From Tubulanus polymorphus (taxonomy: Eukaryota; Animalia; Nemertea), in the NCBI RefSeq assembly GCF_964204645.1, contig NC_134025.1, forward strand, positions 6,076,001 through 6,140,000: a stretch of DNA of 64,000 nucleotides. The letters run 5' to 3'. The notes beneath the pieces are model-generated. The model saw only the letters and a program-made list of their open reading frames with translations. It was not told the DNA's origin and did no database searches. Shown here in pieces: positions 12,501 to 27,888 of this stretch. Position 1 is the stretch's first letter; every line of letters begins with the position of its first letter. Made by a program: the position numbers and the translations under genes.

Positions 12501-15500
12501 AATACTGATGATAGAACGGTTTAAGAATCTGTAGTTCGACTAAAGAATCCTCCTCGGTTGAAAGCATTCCTGTTAAAAATCCCTGATTCGATTGGCCCCG
12601 TTTACCACTGGGTGCTATGAAATGTACCGCTTTTTACAAACCTAATATAATTAATGATGAGAGAATAGAATCAAAGTAGGGTAAGAGGAAAGTTCTCATT
12701 AAGAAATTCATCGTTTGCAATCTGGCTAAGCATTGAATCTTTTGGGAACAAGAAAACCAATTACGGTCGAATTGTTCACGGTTTTATTCGAGCTATTACC
12801 AAAATAAATTTGTTCTGATCGTCTGGATTCGCCGCGAGCAACGCCTCGGAGTGGCGTCTGCTTCGATGCACGCGCGCGAGCTCGAACGGGCTGTGCGGTA
12901 AGCGCCGAGATTATGTTGCGTCGATTTTCCGCTTGCCTCGCTTTTTGACGAATGCGGCAACAATCGGCGCGAGTCACGTTCCGCGCGTCCACAATCAAAG
13001 ACCATCGCAGCGTCTGTGAAAGGACGCATTGATGATAATGGCATCGATTTTGCCGTAACCCCGACATCTTCCCGACTCCGCTCTCAATCGCTGCTTGTTG
13101 ACATGTAAGAATAACGTGAGCCGATGAAAGACCGAGAGTTGTCTCCGAGGATACAGTAAATGACAATTTCCTGATGCCGAAGATTTTTGACATTTAAAAT
13201 ACTGCACTTGAGCACGTGTCGCAATAGGAGGCACGGTTTTTATAATCGTACCCAATTTTCTGTTATTTAGGGCTCAACTGATTCAATAATTTCTTGTGTC
13301 GCACCAATCGTAATAACGATCGCCTGTGAATCATCGTCGAAAGCGTATATAATTCACACACGTATCTCGCTAGTTAGTTCCATTTATAAAGCAGCGTAGA
13401 AATGCGTATAGCTTTTATTCATACTTTTAATGGAATCGACAAAACGCGTTTTGAACACTTAGAAAAAAACGTGAACATGTGAGGTTGATTGTAAATGGTC
13501 GCAAAAATGGTTGTGTTGATGATGAAACCTGGAATATTCACAAACACCTATTATATTAAAGACCGTTCAATTCGTTTTCTAATCGATTTAATGAATAATG
13601 GATGATTTGATGGTGTTGTTTATGAGGCACATCGTGTGATGGTAATTTGTTGGTTTAATTGCTCTGACGCGGATCGAATCAGAGTTTTACGCCGCGAATT
13701 GAGGTTTCCGTTCACACTTCACGTCATTTCACGCGAGACTTCCCACCACCGGAAGTAAATCGCAATTAACGCGGTCATTCGAGCATTTATGTCATCAAAG
13801 CCAAGAACAATCGTTTGGAAACAACTGTCAGGTCCTCGTCGGTGATGGATCCATTTCTCTCAGCAGACTCCCAACAGTGCCTTATTTCGTGGTGTTCTCA
13901 TCCAGAATTCTGTTAATTGGGTGTTCAGGTGGTCAAGTGCTTCCTACTCAACTGGCAATTACATTGTTGGATTGCAATTCTACACGCCTTGGTCAAACGA
14001 TCACCTCTTGCTCTAAATTGAGATGCTACCAGCGATAGGGGGTCTTTAGCCAGCCCTGACAAAGAGCTATTTATTGTCAAAAATGCGACCACATGGCCGC
14101 GAAATATCAATCACTTCAATACATCCACAAACGACTATGACTATAATTATGCACTTGTGTTAAGTATTATTTCCATGAATTATAATTAACTGATAAAATA
14201 AAGATGATTAGTTTACTTCGACGTTTAACAAGTTTGAAGCCGCGCGTACTTGTCAGAAATGAACCCGTCACGATGTCAGACATGGACACCGGGTTTATTC
14301 TTGACGCACGGCACGAATCTCAGTGCAGGGTACGTGATCCTGGTGGCTGAATATAGAATATTCAACGACACATTTTTGCCCAAAATATTTTCATACATAA
14401 CACAGAGGCAAGAAAAACCTACAAGTCGACAAGGGTCCTTATACGTTCGTCACATTTCAAGTATATTAACTCGTAGTCTTAATGTTTATGTTAAGGACAC
14501 CATCGACGATTTGCTAAACAAATAAAAGACTCGTTTCTTAAGAATTCGGTGTCAAACTTTGCGCATTTTAAAATATTGGATATTTGTGTAGGAAAGTGGG
14601 TTCGTTCTTCAGCGTCCAACGGTTAATCTTGATGAGTGACACTTTGGTATTGTTGATGATGTTTTGTTAGTAAATTGCCGCAGGAAATAATAAGCAAAAT
14701 TCATATTACGAGCATGATTATTTTTCACGCTCAGACGATGAATAAAACGTCTCTATTTTGTCGGGGACGGAGTTAAAAATGGCATCCATTGTACAGGGAA
14801 ACAGTTGCATTGGTTCGTGAGAGCACGCCTCGTCCGGCGAATCTATTGAGCCAGTTTCGAGGGCTGATGACCCTGCGGCATAGCACGGTGTTCATCACAG
14901 ATGCCAAAATATAGCAAGAAATCTGGCACATAATGCAGACACAGCGCGACCCGTTCAGATGCCGGAGGACGCGAGTGTTTGTATTCTCATAAAAGAGCGC
15001 TGGCATTAACGACCGTAATGCGAACCTGCTATTAGCAATTTGTAACCTCTTGGCTTCAAACGATTTCAACATTTATTGTTTGTTTTCTATGATGTCTTTC
15101 TCGCGAAAAATTAGCAATTTAGACTGAGCTAAATCTGTGCTGCCTGAAACGGAATAAACCCCATTGAATGAAAAGATAATTGGAATCGAATGAATGATAT
15201 TTTTTTCACAATTCACGAATAATAATGAATGAAAAACGTGGATATTGCTTTAGAACTTAATATATTCATAGTACACTGGAATCTGTACTTTTATCTTGCC
15301 TGATTCTCAGCACTGTTTCATATTGGATATTATTTGTTTTCGCGTGTTCCCTCGTCTTTATATTAGGTAATGCAATATCCTCTGCACACGCAGTGATGAG
15401 ACCAACAGATTCTTACATAGCATCTCTGGAATTGAATTGTCATCAAATTGGCTTTGTATTCTATCGCCATTTAGCATTGGTGTGGTGGTCATCATTTACT

Positions 15501-18500
15501 ACACGAGCAGTTGTGTATTAATACGCCCTGAGCAAAATGAGGACAACGCACCGCCAACAATACGACATACGTAATACGAATTGGTTATTATCATATAAAT
15601 TCGATACAGCTCATAATGTTGACTATATAACAGCATCTAATCACATTTATTAGTAATATCAACACGGGTAGACGAGCAGATAATTGCTATGTGACAGCAG
15701 GGGTATATACTGCGTGCACGATCTTTACTGCAAATTATTCGCAACTGAAAATAGAATAAGAACAAGAACGTTTGAAATTACCCAATCTAATTCCTTGAGA
15801 AATGTTCTGGCGACAGGATAAGAAAAATAACGCCATTGTCTGACGCATTTTTCATGAAATTTCTTCACAGTTGGTTATGTTTTGTGATAGTATACTATGT
15901 GCTCTACCGCAGCTGAACCTGAAATTGGCACAAATTTAAATTCTGATTGGATCATCGATTATCAATAATCAGTTATCTTCGGTCGATACCACCTAAATCT
16001 GGCAGTTGTAGTTGGAAATGTGTCGCAATTTGGAGAGCCACTTCATAGGATATCGAGGGCTGGCTCGTTCAACGACATGCTCAAAATCCTCGTCGGCTGC
16101 TTGAGTATCATGGATACGCATCGAAAACCCGGTTCTCAGCTATAAACACCATCAAACCAAGATGCACTCATCAATTCCTCTGATCAGCTTCCTGATGAAA
16201 TTTATTACGAGCCAGCCACCTGATTGGACGGATTTCACCGCTAATAGCCGCTTCGTAGCTGACGGTTATTAAATATTGCCTGATCGGAGACAACTATTTA
16301 CGCGTCGGTTTCATCTATACACTGCGCAGTCAGCCTGAAATCATTTTCGTTTTCCGCGCGATTTCATCCGATGAAAATCAGCTTTCATTGAATTACGGAG
16401 ATAATTCAGCGTGATGATGCACCAGCTATACTGTCACCGGAGACGAACAGATCAAACTTGACACAGCAATATCGAAGAACAATGGCGTTTCCTCTTCTCT
16501 TTTTTAAATGTATAGATTTTATCCTAAAATGTATATTTGATGAAATCACGCTTGTCATTTCGTTTTTTTTAAACTGTGAGTAGACATTAATCGGAATATT
16601 TTCAGCGATGTAACATTTAAACGATTGAAACGTATTTTCTAATGATTAGGTCGTAAACATCCCGATTAGATTACGGTAGCTGAGTGTGAAATTTCTAGAT
16701 GCTGCTACACATGTTTCACTTTCTATTTCCTAAATACGGATTGACGCGCGGCAGTACCGCAGTGTAGTGAGCTGTGCACGTAGACACGACGACATGAAAT
16801 TAAATATCGCATCCGCGTGAAAGCTACGGGTAAAGAGCTGTCAGTTGCAGTCGCAACTGCGTGAAAGCCACTAAATTGCCGGTAACACTGCCGACAAAAG
16901 TTTAATGGCGTTGATTTAATTGGAGGAAAGAAAGCCGTCGATTTGGTACTGATTAAGTTAGATTATGAGCGGCTCCTCGTGACGTCAATGGTGAGTCAAT
17001 AGACTTCCGCTTCCCAGTTGCGCACGAACATTTGACCGTATCTATTCATTTCAATGCATCGGTTAAACTTTAACAAATTCACCTCGATGTTGATTTCGTT
17101 TTACCCCGCTAGAATAGAACCGATACATCTGAGTGCAAATTACAGAAAAATAACATCACAATTAACATAAAGCAAAGTCTACAGTATGCTCATTTACAGC
17201 AGATGACACAAGCGCACTTGGCAAAAAGATTATAGGCGATATATTTGTCACTGAAAACCTAAATGATGTCAGAATATAATTTACAACGGATTTTGCCAGA
17301 AAATGCTGTTCGTTTGCTCTGATCTTTGAATATACGTTCGTTGCTCGTTGTGTTCTGCTGAGAGAGATGACACCTCAACTCTCTTCATTAAATGAAATAA
17401 AAGATCGCTTTCGAATTAAATCAATCAAAATGAAAAACAATTTAACTGTCAACTTTATTTGCACCGACAACTGACACTAAAGTTCGTACGACATGAATCA
17501 TTGTACCTTCCAACAGCGTGTGTCATGGGGCCGTTTAGTAGATTAAACTTAGATTAAAATCATGTAAATAAAAGCCACATTTCATAAATAGACACGTCAT
17601 AATACACGTATTCAAACATAGCGAAGCTGTCATCTCGTTCCTACAGCACGCGTTGTCGGTGGTACAATGAGAGTCTGTGCGGGATTCATCTGAGATACGG
17701 ATTGATTTTTGGCATCCCTCGGTGTGTCTTCGGTATTTGAACCCTCGGGGTGAAAATATATAGCGCATTTAGACGGATAGTATGTAAATAACAGAGATTT
17801 GTGACTCTGGATTAGCCAGCTATTTCGCGCGCTCTCCGTCCATCTTGTGTTGGCAGCTATTGTCGTGATGTGGACATTTTGCACGTGGTCACAAACTTTA
17901 TTGCGATGCCCCGAGAAATTTCTCGCGGCGATAGCGGCCTGAAGTGTGGACAGCAATAAGCGTTATACTCGCCTGGGGCGCGGATTCAACCGATCTGTGG
18001 CTCAAGGCGAAGCCTACAGGAACAATGCCGAGACAAAGATGGAGGCGCGCTGGACCAACATTAGGTCTGCATAAGTGGTCCTTTGTTTCAACGAAGAGAA
18101 TGGTGTTTTCTATCGACGCATAATCGCTATTTAAGGCGGTATTTTACACACATTTATCGCAAAAACAACCGCTTTGCCAAGAAATAGTTCGGCGCACTTG
18201 ACAATGTGTAATAAGGTATCTTCAACTCGGGGTTAACCAAATTGTAAATAACCTTAATGATGCTATTCATATTGTTGAAATACGTACAAAACAAGAGCCG
18301 GCTGGAGATCTGTCACTCAGTCAATTACTTCACCGAAGTGTTTGACATTAATTCCCGTATTTCGAATGCCACGAAGAAAGGAAATGATCGTTTAATTTGC
18401 TCTTAAACCAATGCGAAAAGTTCGTTGGTTTTCTCGGAACATTAGGGCGGGTGGTCTATATAATCCGTTGTCATTTTGAAAATACATGATTTTTGGGTTA

Positions 18501-21500
18501 CGCGACACCGCAATGTATCCATCCAGCTGAGACGATTGTAAAACGATTTTAATCACTGTTTGCGTTTAGTCGTCAGTCCGACAGACAGGGGAGGTACTTT
18601 TTACCGAATATAGTATTACCGACGCGCGGTAAATGTTTGTCGTACTAAACATACAAAATTCAATTTAGACGTTCTCTGTATGCAGCGTTTAATCAGACGA
18701 CTATTTCACTAATCATATAATGTGATATTTCCCTTTTCAAAATGCTGAAATATAAGGGAAAATTAACTTAATCCTTTGCACATGTATTACTTTTTTATGC
18801 CTCAATATAAGTGTATATAGTATGAGGGACTTGATCGAGTTTTGGACCACGCAGGCGCTGTGTTAAGAGGCCGGTGCTGGTTCAATTGTTCGAGGGCGTA
18901 CAGCACTTCTTCAAATGGAAATAAATAGGGAACCATCCCACGACTGCGAATAGAACTAAATAGAATAAATCTTTAGAGAAAGCGTCTCCAAAAATAGAAA
19001 TGGAATTGTTACAGGGTTCCGGTCAGATAATCAACTGGAGTCATTCACTGACCGCTCTTCAAATAAACCGACCACCCTTAAAACCACCAAACGTGTAATT
19101 CGATGACGTTCGACGTTAAAACATTCAACAAATAATATAATTGAAGTATTTGCACGAAGAATTTAGTTCGTCTGTTCGTTAAAGAGAGTATAAAACGGAA
19201 GTAATATTTTCGTTCGGTTTGTTTGATATGAAATGCGATACTATTATATTCTTCCCCGAAAATACGCTTTATTTTGGTCAATGAACGGACGTGAAATTAT
19301 GTAAGGCTGATATCAAACGCGTATATAATTAGCTATGGAAGGGTCATGAATGCCCGAACTTGGAAAGTGTATTTACGAATTTTAGCCGATGTCTTTGCAT
19401 AAGCCACGTGAGAAAAGTTTCATTTGTGCGAATTGTATTTCGCTGCAAGGCGAATGTTTTGAAATGGATAAGACCGAGCTTGAAGTTGGCTCCAGCATTT
19501 CTAGGACTTCTCGAAGTTGCCCAGGTTCGGATAATCCTTTGCCTACACCCGCTCGGTGGCCACAGTACCATGTGTTCCCGTGACCGAGTATCAACCATTA
19601 AACACCAAATAGGAATTTATGACAGAGAGGAAAATAGGGAATTATTCGTCTCCGGCTTTCAAAATGGTTAAGGTATCGTTGGTGGCCGGAGGCAAATACG
19701 GATGATGAGGAAATGATACGTTGACCAATTTCCTCAGCGCGGAAACATGCGACGGAAAATAGATACATCCCCGTGAGATTAGAATGCGCGAGAGAAGAGA
19801 AGGGAACATTCTCGTCTGATTAACACGGGGATCATGGATCACACAGGCCACGTCATAAACTTTACAGATGGCATTTGAACTGTATCGTTATTCATTCGAC
19901 CGAGTTTCAGAATCTGCGCAGTCTGAACACATGTAACTACTTTTAGAGAGTAGAACGACAGGTGCTTATTACAATCCAGATTGAAGAAACGACATATGCG
20001 TATATGTAACATATATACATATATTTTGCATTATTCATAATTTTGCATGATAACTATTTTTAGTCAATAGGCAGTATCAATAGGGAAATCTTTGCCCAGA
20101 AGAAACATCACGTGCTACGGAAGTATAGTCGATCAATCTGAAGAAGTACTTCCGGTTAAGGTTCGGTACTCTATCCTAAAGAACCAAGAACAAAATTCCT
20201 TGTTACGATATATAAAGAAATAAAAAAACGGCGAAGCGAACGGATCAACCATCAAAGTCTGAGATTCTTTTTCGATTTCGTATCATTTTGAAGTCGAAAA
20301 TGTGAAACTATGCAAAGTTCAGTGCACAAATGTCAACGTGTAAATCTTTTGTCAGCCGCCAAAACAGGCAATTAATAACACGATGCTATAGCTTGAAACA
20401 AAAGCAGAAACAGCTGCCTTTGTAATTATACGCGCAATACTGATCAATGTTTTAATATTAATTACATGCTCGACGATCTGTTTATTGCAAAATCGGAGCT
20501 CATCTGACCTACTTATGTACAGGGTGCTCGTGGATGGTGCTTGACCAGCTATTTAATGACCATTGACATCGAGATTTGAGAGCCACAATAACACGCGGGG
20601 ATAAGAACACTTTCAACTGGTTTATTACTCGATGCAAATAAACCATATGAAAACACAAGTAAAATCTATACGCGGAAATGCATATCATGTCTGCATCAAT
20701 ATGTATTTATATATGTATGGATGTATATATGTATGGACGTTTATGGCGGCCATTTTTGTAGAGAACATGACGTTATTCGATCGCTATAATTGTTCGCACA
20801 ATTAAAAACAACAAACGAATTATAATATATATTTTATAGTGACAGCTATAGGCAACTACTACAGATAGATTTGACGTGTAATGTATAGCTGAAGTGGCCG
20901 GTGTGTAATCATAAGTACGTTTAATTGTCTGTCTAAAAAATCATATGTGTGAATGATCTGTGCACATACGTATCTGTGAAAATGAAAAATAAAGAATAAT
21001 GAAATGTTTGAATGTTGTCGAAAAGATAGCAGATTTTCATTTGAAGATGTTCAAAAGCAGATGCAAGTTCACCGAAATCATTCAATGATGAAACAACGCA
21101 CCTCATATTTCCGATTAAATGTTATGCTACGTGTATACAAAATACGGAAGTGTCTTAGATTTCATGCTCCCAGTTACTTCGTTACATAGTAGTTACGTAT
21201 ACGAACGGTTCTGCATGAAACGGGAATCGGATGAAGGACCTATCATTGAAATAAAATTGAGCAGAGAGCCCTTCAAGGAGACACTGCAAATCATCGTGAT
21301 AAACTCACACGAGAGCAATATTTCATATAAATACAAATCGATTTACATGAAAACCGATCGAATTTGAGAAAGGCGTTCGGCGAATATTGCTCGTCGCCAA
21401 TCTACATAATTCCCAGGGTAAAATAGGCCTCAATTTGTGAAGGATTTCATCTAGAAGTACCAATGAAAGTGTAATACACTCGAGAGGTGGTCAAGTCGCT

Positions 21501-21744
21501 GCTCTGTCGTATCTGATACGCCTCTAGGCATATCGCGTTTTGAATAAAACCTACAACTAAGAAAAATACGATATTTTTTTTCGGATGATACTGAAAACAA
21601 CGTTCTTAAAATGTAGAAAATGAAGAAAAATTTCGCCCCCTTTCTTCGGCCGAGTGACCTTGCAATTTTCTCCTCCTCCCCCAAAAGAGAGGATATGGCG
21701 AAATTGTGAGCATGTTTCATTCATAATTGCAACCACCAAGAAAG

Positions 21745-21939
21745 AGCTCAGAACGCATCTGATTTTTCAGAACGCATCTGAGTTTTCTGGGGAGGACACC
21801 CAGACCCCCCCCCTTTGGGGGCTTCACGCCTACTGCGCTCGCTGATAACGGCGTCATTACGGGCCACAACCGTGTGTAAGTAGTGCCTCAATATTCCATG
21901 TGCGCCCTCTTTTTTTCCCAAAAGCTAGGTCCACCCCTG
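21745..21939. mobile_element. Partial GC-rich MITE (right end CTAGGTCCACCCCTG)
   Basis: Duplicated TCAGAACGCATCTGA, TTTTCTGGGGAGGACACCCAGACCCCCC and a terminus whose reverse complement CAGGGGTGGACCTAG resembles CAGGGGAGGATCTA at 37051. Related internal motifs occur at ~37265-37300 and ~51120-51170. Confidence 0.5.
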
Positions 21940-24900
21940 TGGTATCTGGTGATCATATGCCGGGTAAATAAAAAGTTTGGCATGATTCGTTGCTATCATG
22001 TCGATTCGATAACTTTCTATTTCCCGGACGAAGACAGTTAATTCGCTGATTTTGCATGCGCTGCGGATGATTAGGGAAATGATGCTGTAGGAGGATGATG
22101 GCAACTCGCCGTCGCATAAAAGCGAAGGAATTCCTATAAACATCGATAAACTGTTTGTCCGGTCAATTAGGCATAGTGTTCCTGGCGAATAGTCGACAAA
22201 ATGACATTTACTCTGCCAGACAATATAGCGCAGATTTGCAAATCTGAGCATGACTAAACACTGTCTATCTCTAAACGTGATGCTGGTGGAAGATCGACGT
22301 CGCTGCAGTTTTTGTCATCCGGGTATAAGGGATATAGAGATGATGAGTGAGAAGGTGTGTCTTATGACCGATGACTTCATCTTGAGGGCTTTACACAGTA
22401 AAACTGTATAGATATAACCCAGCGACAACCATTTCCAAATTCGAAGTTCCGTGACACGTTGAAATTCCTTCTTGGATGTAACATTCTTCACGAAAATTGG
22501 TTACAATACAAAATATCAACTAATGGCTAGAAGTTAAGAGTAATCATTTTCAAATTGAAGTGAAATTAGTTCATTCGTTTTCTAGATGCCGAGGTTGCAC
22601 GAGATTGTTCGAAATCCAGTTGCCGTCAGATTTTTTACTGCTCTCATGATCTGTCAGATTCCCTTCATTTTGAGTGTTATTCGATACATGTCGGTAAAAC
22701 TGTACCAGGACGATGGAAAAAAACGCAGGGTGGCTGATTCGGATGTCGGGAAGGAGGCAATATGAAGTAGCTAGGTTCTCATCGCTCCCGCATCAATAAT
22801 TCAAACGATGCAGAAAGTCGGCGAAATATATACCGACGCATGTCTCCATTCCCAGGATAAAATGGTTAATAACACAAAATAGGACGCACGGTTATCTTTA
22901 CAATAAATATAATCTCAATTCCGGTTAATACATACATATGTAACGTCGCTTTAAGATGACAGCGAAATATTGCCATGAATTGATCCAACAAATTCCTTAT
23001 AATCTCTCCATTGTACAGCCACTTTAAGCATTTATACTCATTATATCATATATATAAATATCTGGAACCTTTTACACCTGAAAATTTACACCTTGGTTCA
23101 GAGTTTCACCTCGTCTTTTTAGAGTTTGAATAGATAATCATCGTTTAACTTTCTATAAGAGTCAAATTCTAACTCAGGAACGTGATAGGATAGAAGCTAT
23201 GGATGACCATCATATTTCGTTAATGAAAAGTTAAGCTACAAGAATACAGGAACCAGTAATTTAGTGTGAGTCTTGTACTGCTGCGAGCAATTATTACCTA
23301 TTCCTGGAGATAAGGAAAGCTCTTGCCGTGATTGCTAAATATCACCGTAAATTTCATACAGAAAACTCTACTGTCTTTAGGCGGAATTGACGAAGAAAGT
23401 CATCATTTCCATTATGTTGCGCCGTTAATACCTTGTTAGCGCTAATATCAATAAAATCTAATCTAAAACTGTGCGATCATCTCTGCGATGTTTCTGTGTT
23501 TGTTGTCTAAGAGTTGTGAGAAATTTCCTCGGGGTTTTCCGTCCCGTCGTAAATCGCTCCGGCTTTTCATTATGACACCATCAACAAAAGGTGCTAAGAC
23601 TCTTCAAGATGAGCACTAGAAAAATGAAAACCCACAAAATGCCCCTTATCTATGCATTTTTATACTTCTGAATCGTTGTACTTTCAATACTCTAAATCGT
23701 CGTTTGTTTCAGGGTTTCACATTGATGGTAAATTAGAAAATTCTTAATAATGTATTGTTCATGTGACATATTTTACTAGTCATCCGTTTTCAACACGAAA
23801 GCGCCTTCGTAGCCGCTGTCAATCAAATTTCAATCCAATATTTGAACAAGCCGCATTACTCAAGTTATTACATTTCTTGACGATAGCCTGACAACAAATG
23901 TTCAAATACGCTCACGTCAAGAAAGTGGACACCAGTTACTAACTATCAAACACTGTTGTGTGTGTGGACATCGATCAGCGATTGAGATATTATTAGATTA
24001 AATATGACTGATTTTAATGGACTTTAGCAGTTATAGGCAAGACAGTATGAACCACCTACAACCAGAAAAACATTTTCACTGTGCCCAGATTAACGAAATC
24101 TACAAAGGATTAATAACCACCCAGCAACCGACTTATCATGTCCCATAAACAATCACAATTTTAAATCATCTATCGTGTCAACAAATGATTATCTTTGTTA
24201 TAGCATCTAGAAGAAGAGTTGTTGTTTATTTGTATAAAATGACCGGTGTAATTGATCGTGACAAGCGGAGTTTAGATCCTTCAGGCAACGGAAGCTGTTC
24301 ATCAAAGTCGTAACCGTACATTTTTTCCTCGCATCTACGGTGAAAGTGCTATATCGGCAAAATTCCTCCGATATTTTCGTCAACATTCGTAGATGACAGG
24401 TCGACAGGTTTCTCATTGTCTCGTCGGCTTCTCGTTACTAAGCACAACTACCCGTCGCTCTCACTCGACGGTCTACGCTGCTCCCCGGAACATGTATTGA
24501 GCGAAAATCCATGATAAAGGTGCACGTTTTGTGAGAAATATATAACATATATAGAATTTACAAAAGTACTATATTTTTACGTTAAAGTTCGGAAATACGG
24601 CAGTTATTGCTAACAAATCGCGATAGGAGTTTGTTTCATTTTGGATGGCTCCTCGAGCATTGAAGTTATAAGGCTTTTTTATTCGAGTCTATATTTATTG
24701 TATAAAACGCGTTTTACATTGCGAATCCCTCGTGTCTACAGTCGACGAAACTGTGGATACAAAATTCTTCGGGGACTTACCGAAACGTCCTTCGTAATTA
24801 CTTTCATTGAGAACTGCAACGATTGATTCAACATTGAACGTAATGATGCAACTTGAACAACAAACAAAATTCTGATTGATCGTAAAATTAAAATGAAGCA

Positions 24901-26342
24901 TCCTCTGCTCCCTATTGAACGTGTAATCCGCTTCGTTTTCTGATTGATACTACTGAGCCTTTTTCGCAATTTACTGAATTGAATTTCTTTCTAATTAATG
25001 CGTAATAAAAAGTGATTATTTGAATAGATCAACCTATTTTCTTTTGTTGACATTGTCGGAACTGGCAAATAATGTCGAAACGCAAGTCAAAATTGAGGTA
25101 TTGTCTGTGAAATCAAATAGAAGCTAAAGTTACATTCATATTTAGCTATTAATGCGTGCATTCAGTGGTAGAAACAGACATATTAAACCAAAATTGTCTA
25201 CATTGCTATATCGGTCACGTGTATCGTTTAGGCAGATAATATGCCCATATAATTCGAATAGAACTTTTCATAGATCTTTTTTTTGTACGTTTTAACGGGA
25301 TACAAGAATATTTGACTCGAAATACGACCAAATAGATCGGTAATCTGTGTTAAGAGTCGCAAGCAGTATACAATAAGGATAATTTCACAACTTCCCCTTA
25401 TTCATGATTTTTAATGGGTTGTTTTGGAAACTTAACGAAACTGGTAATTATCATTAGATAATTAACACAATTGCTACTAATTGCATGAGCCCATATTGTC
25501 GCAATAATAGCCCGTGGCGAACAAATGGCTTGACACGTTAAGTGTCCGGAAATTTTCTGGTTGGACGCCTTTCCATAGAGAAGAACTGCGTGAAATTTGC
25601 CTATAAATGCTAGCTTTCATAGAGGCCCACCTGCCTTCTTTAGTGCACAGTCGTAGTGGTTAAATTCGATACAAAACAACGCTTAAGTTATAGTGTCTAT
25701 TATTATAAAGATCGCATCGGAGTATTGAGAAAACGCTTGAGCAAAATGTTTGTTCGATTTTGCCGGTGATTATCTGGGCAGAATTGTTCAATTATCCAAA
25801 CAACCATTACTGCTCTAAGTGCGCTTCAAAAATACATACAGTACGACAATGCAGGGGTTTTGATCTCATGGCTAACCACGAAATATAATACAAGAAAAAC
25901 TAAAAAGGAATCACTTTCCAACACGTACCCTTAACCGAGTCACTAACGAACTTAACCGGAACTTGTATCATTAGTTTGGTATTTTGCGGATTATTTGAAA
26001 ATCGCCAATAGTAATGACGTTGCTGCGATAAGGTGATTAATTTTAAATGAAAGCAGTGCTTTTCAATTTGCCGGATCAATTACCTCCCGTTGGTAATTGC
26101 CAGTCAAACAATGTCTCATATCAGAAATCAATTTTGTTCTCGAGTTCATCAGACCATCGTATATCACATTTTTTTCCTGTATTCGCGAACAGCAGAAAAA
26201 TAAATGGCTTCCACATAAAAGATTCCGCAAAAATCCACGAAAGCTAATTCCGAAACGTAACGACTCATAAAAGATGAATGAAAAAGTGTGCAATTCAAGA
26301 TATATTGTATATTATACATCGGTTATGTTCCGTTTTATTCAA

Positions 26343-26549
26343 ATATATATATATATATATGTGTATATATATATAATGTATATGTATATACGAATTTCAC
26401 AAAAAGTTCATGTTTATTTATTTTTGTACGGTTTATTTATTCATTCATATTTATCAATATGCATTTTAGCAAAGATTCAGTATGAACGAAGAGTTTACAC
26501 AATACATGGCTACAAGGATGAGAAGAGAGATAGAGAGAGAGATAGAGAG
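26343..26549. repeat. Interrupted (TA)n tract (26343-26390) and (GA)n tract (26520-26549), probably in or near the Nkx2.1 3' UTR
   Basis: Directly visible dinucleotide runs. Minus-strand AATAAA signals lie nearby (~26333-26440). Confidence 0.75.
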
Positions 26550-27888
26550 TATCTGTGGATTTTACCGCTGGTAGGAAACGATAAACGACAGACGACGAGT
26601 TAAAGTTAAAGCGGTATCAAAACAACATTTACACCGCTTGAATCTTTTTACAAACACGGACTTTTAGGATAGGATTTTTTTTGTATTCTGCATTTACACA
26701 TTTTTTCACAATACAAAATATTCGAGCGATACTTTTTCATCAGTATCATCTTTCTTTCAATTCATCGTGTATTGATTAATAATTTATATATAACATTAAC
26801 ACTATTACTTCACATAAATATAATTGAACCGAAATAAAGACGAAACATAGGAAGATTTTGACGACAGGAGAGTCCGTGTACTCCTCCTGAGAATGAACAC
26901 GCCATTGATTTGGGGAAATATAAGTTTTTAGATGTTGGAACATCATATTAAAGTTTCAACTGTTCTGATTCTAAACAAATTCGATGGAATCCATACACAC
27001 TACAATCCTAATTCAAAGTGCCTTTTTATGTTTCTACACGTTACAGAATTCTCTCAAGACCGTTTATACTTTCTACACGATCACTGAGAACCTAATGTAT
27101 TGTAGTTAACCTTGAGTACTGGCTCTAGATATTGCGAATAGGTAACAAAATACAGAACGTAATCACTATACGATTGTAACAAGTTTGATTTGTTTTCATC
27201 GGGCCAGCTCAATAGAGGGAATGAATTATTGCTATTAAAACTGACTAAATTAATAATTTCATCACTGATTGTCCGCTCTCTTGATTTGGCGTGGATATAC
27301 GATATAAACGGTACTTTGTATTTGCCGATTGGTTTACGTACCTTATTACATGTGAACCAGTTAATACTGCAATTTTGCGAAAGATGTGCTTCAATATTTT
27401 TCTGATGATCCATCTGAGGTAAAGATTTCTGTCTCAGAGATCTTGGGTAAACTTTTTCTAATTATTCACATAACCTTAATATTCGAAGAAAGAAATGTCT
27501 CTTTTTTCTTATTTTTAAAGTGTCGTACGTTCAGAAAGAAAGTTCACGAACACTGTCTGAATATGTAGTTTGTTTTTAACACACATCCTTGGTTATCTTT
27601 CTTCTCACGCTCTTCACGTCGATCGCAATTTTTGAATTGTCAGAATCTCATTATGAAGAGGTATATATTTGAATACATCACCGAAGATCCCCGCGCTCAC
27701 TTTTCCGTCGCACGACCGATGATATGAAATTGCAAGCGAGTACGAAATATTTCAAAAATGTTCAGACGATGCTATAATGACTATATCTCGTAGTACGATG
27801 TATTTTGGCAATATAGGTTAACTCGTTTAGTTGCACAGTTTCCCCGTTATTCCCGATCGAATCGTCTTCTCGGGACTTGGAATTAGCG

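Noticed and set aside
12726-13255. Overlapping ORFs of 82-155 aa
   Set aside because: No family motifs. Explained by locally high GC content and more like a regulatory patch.
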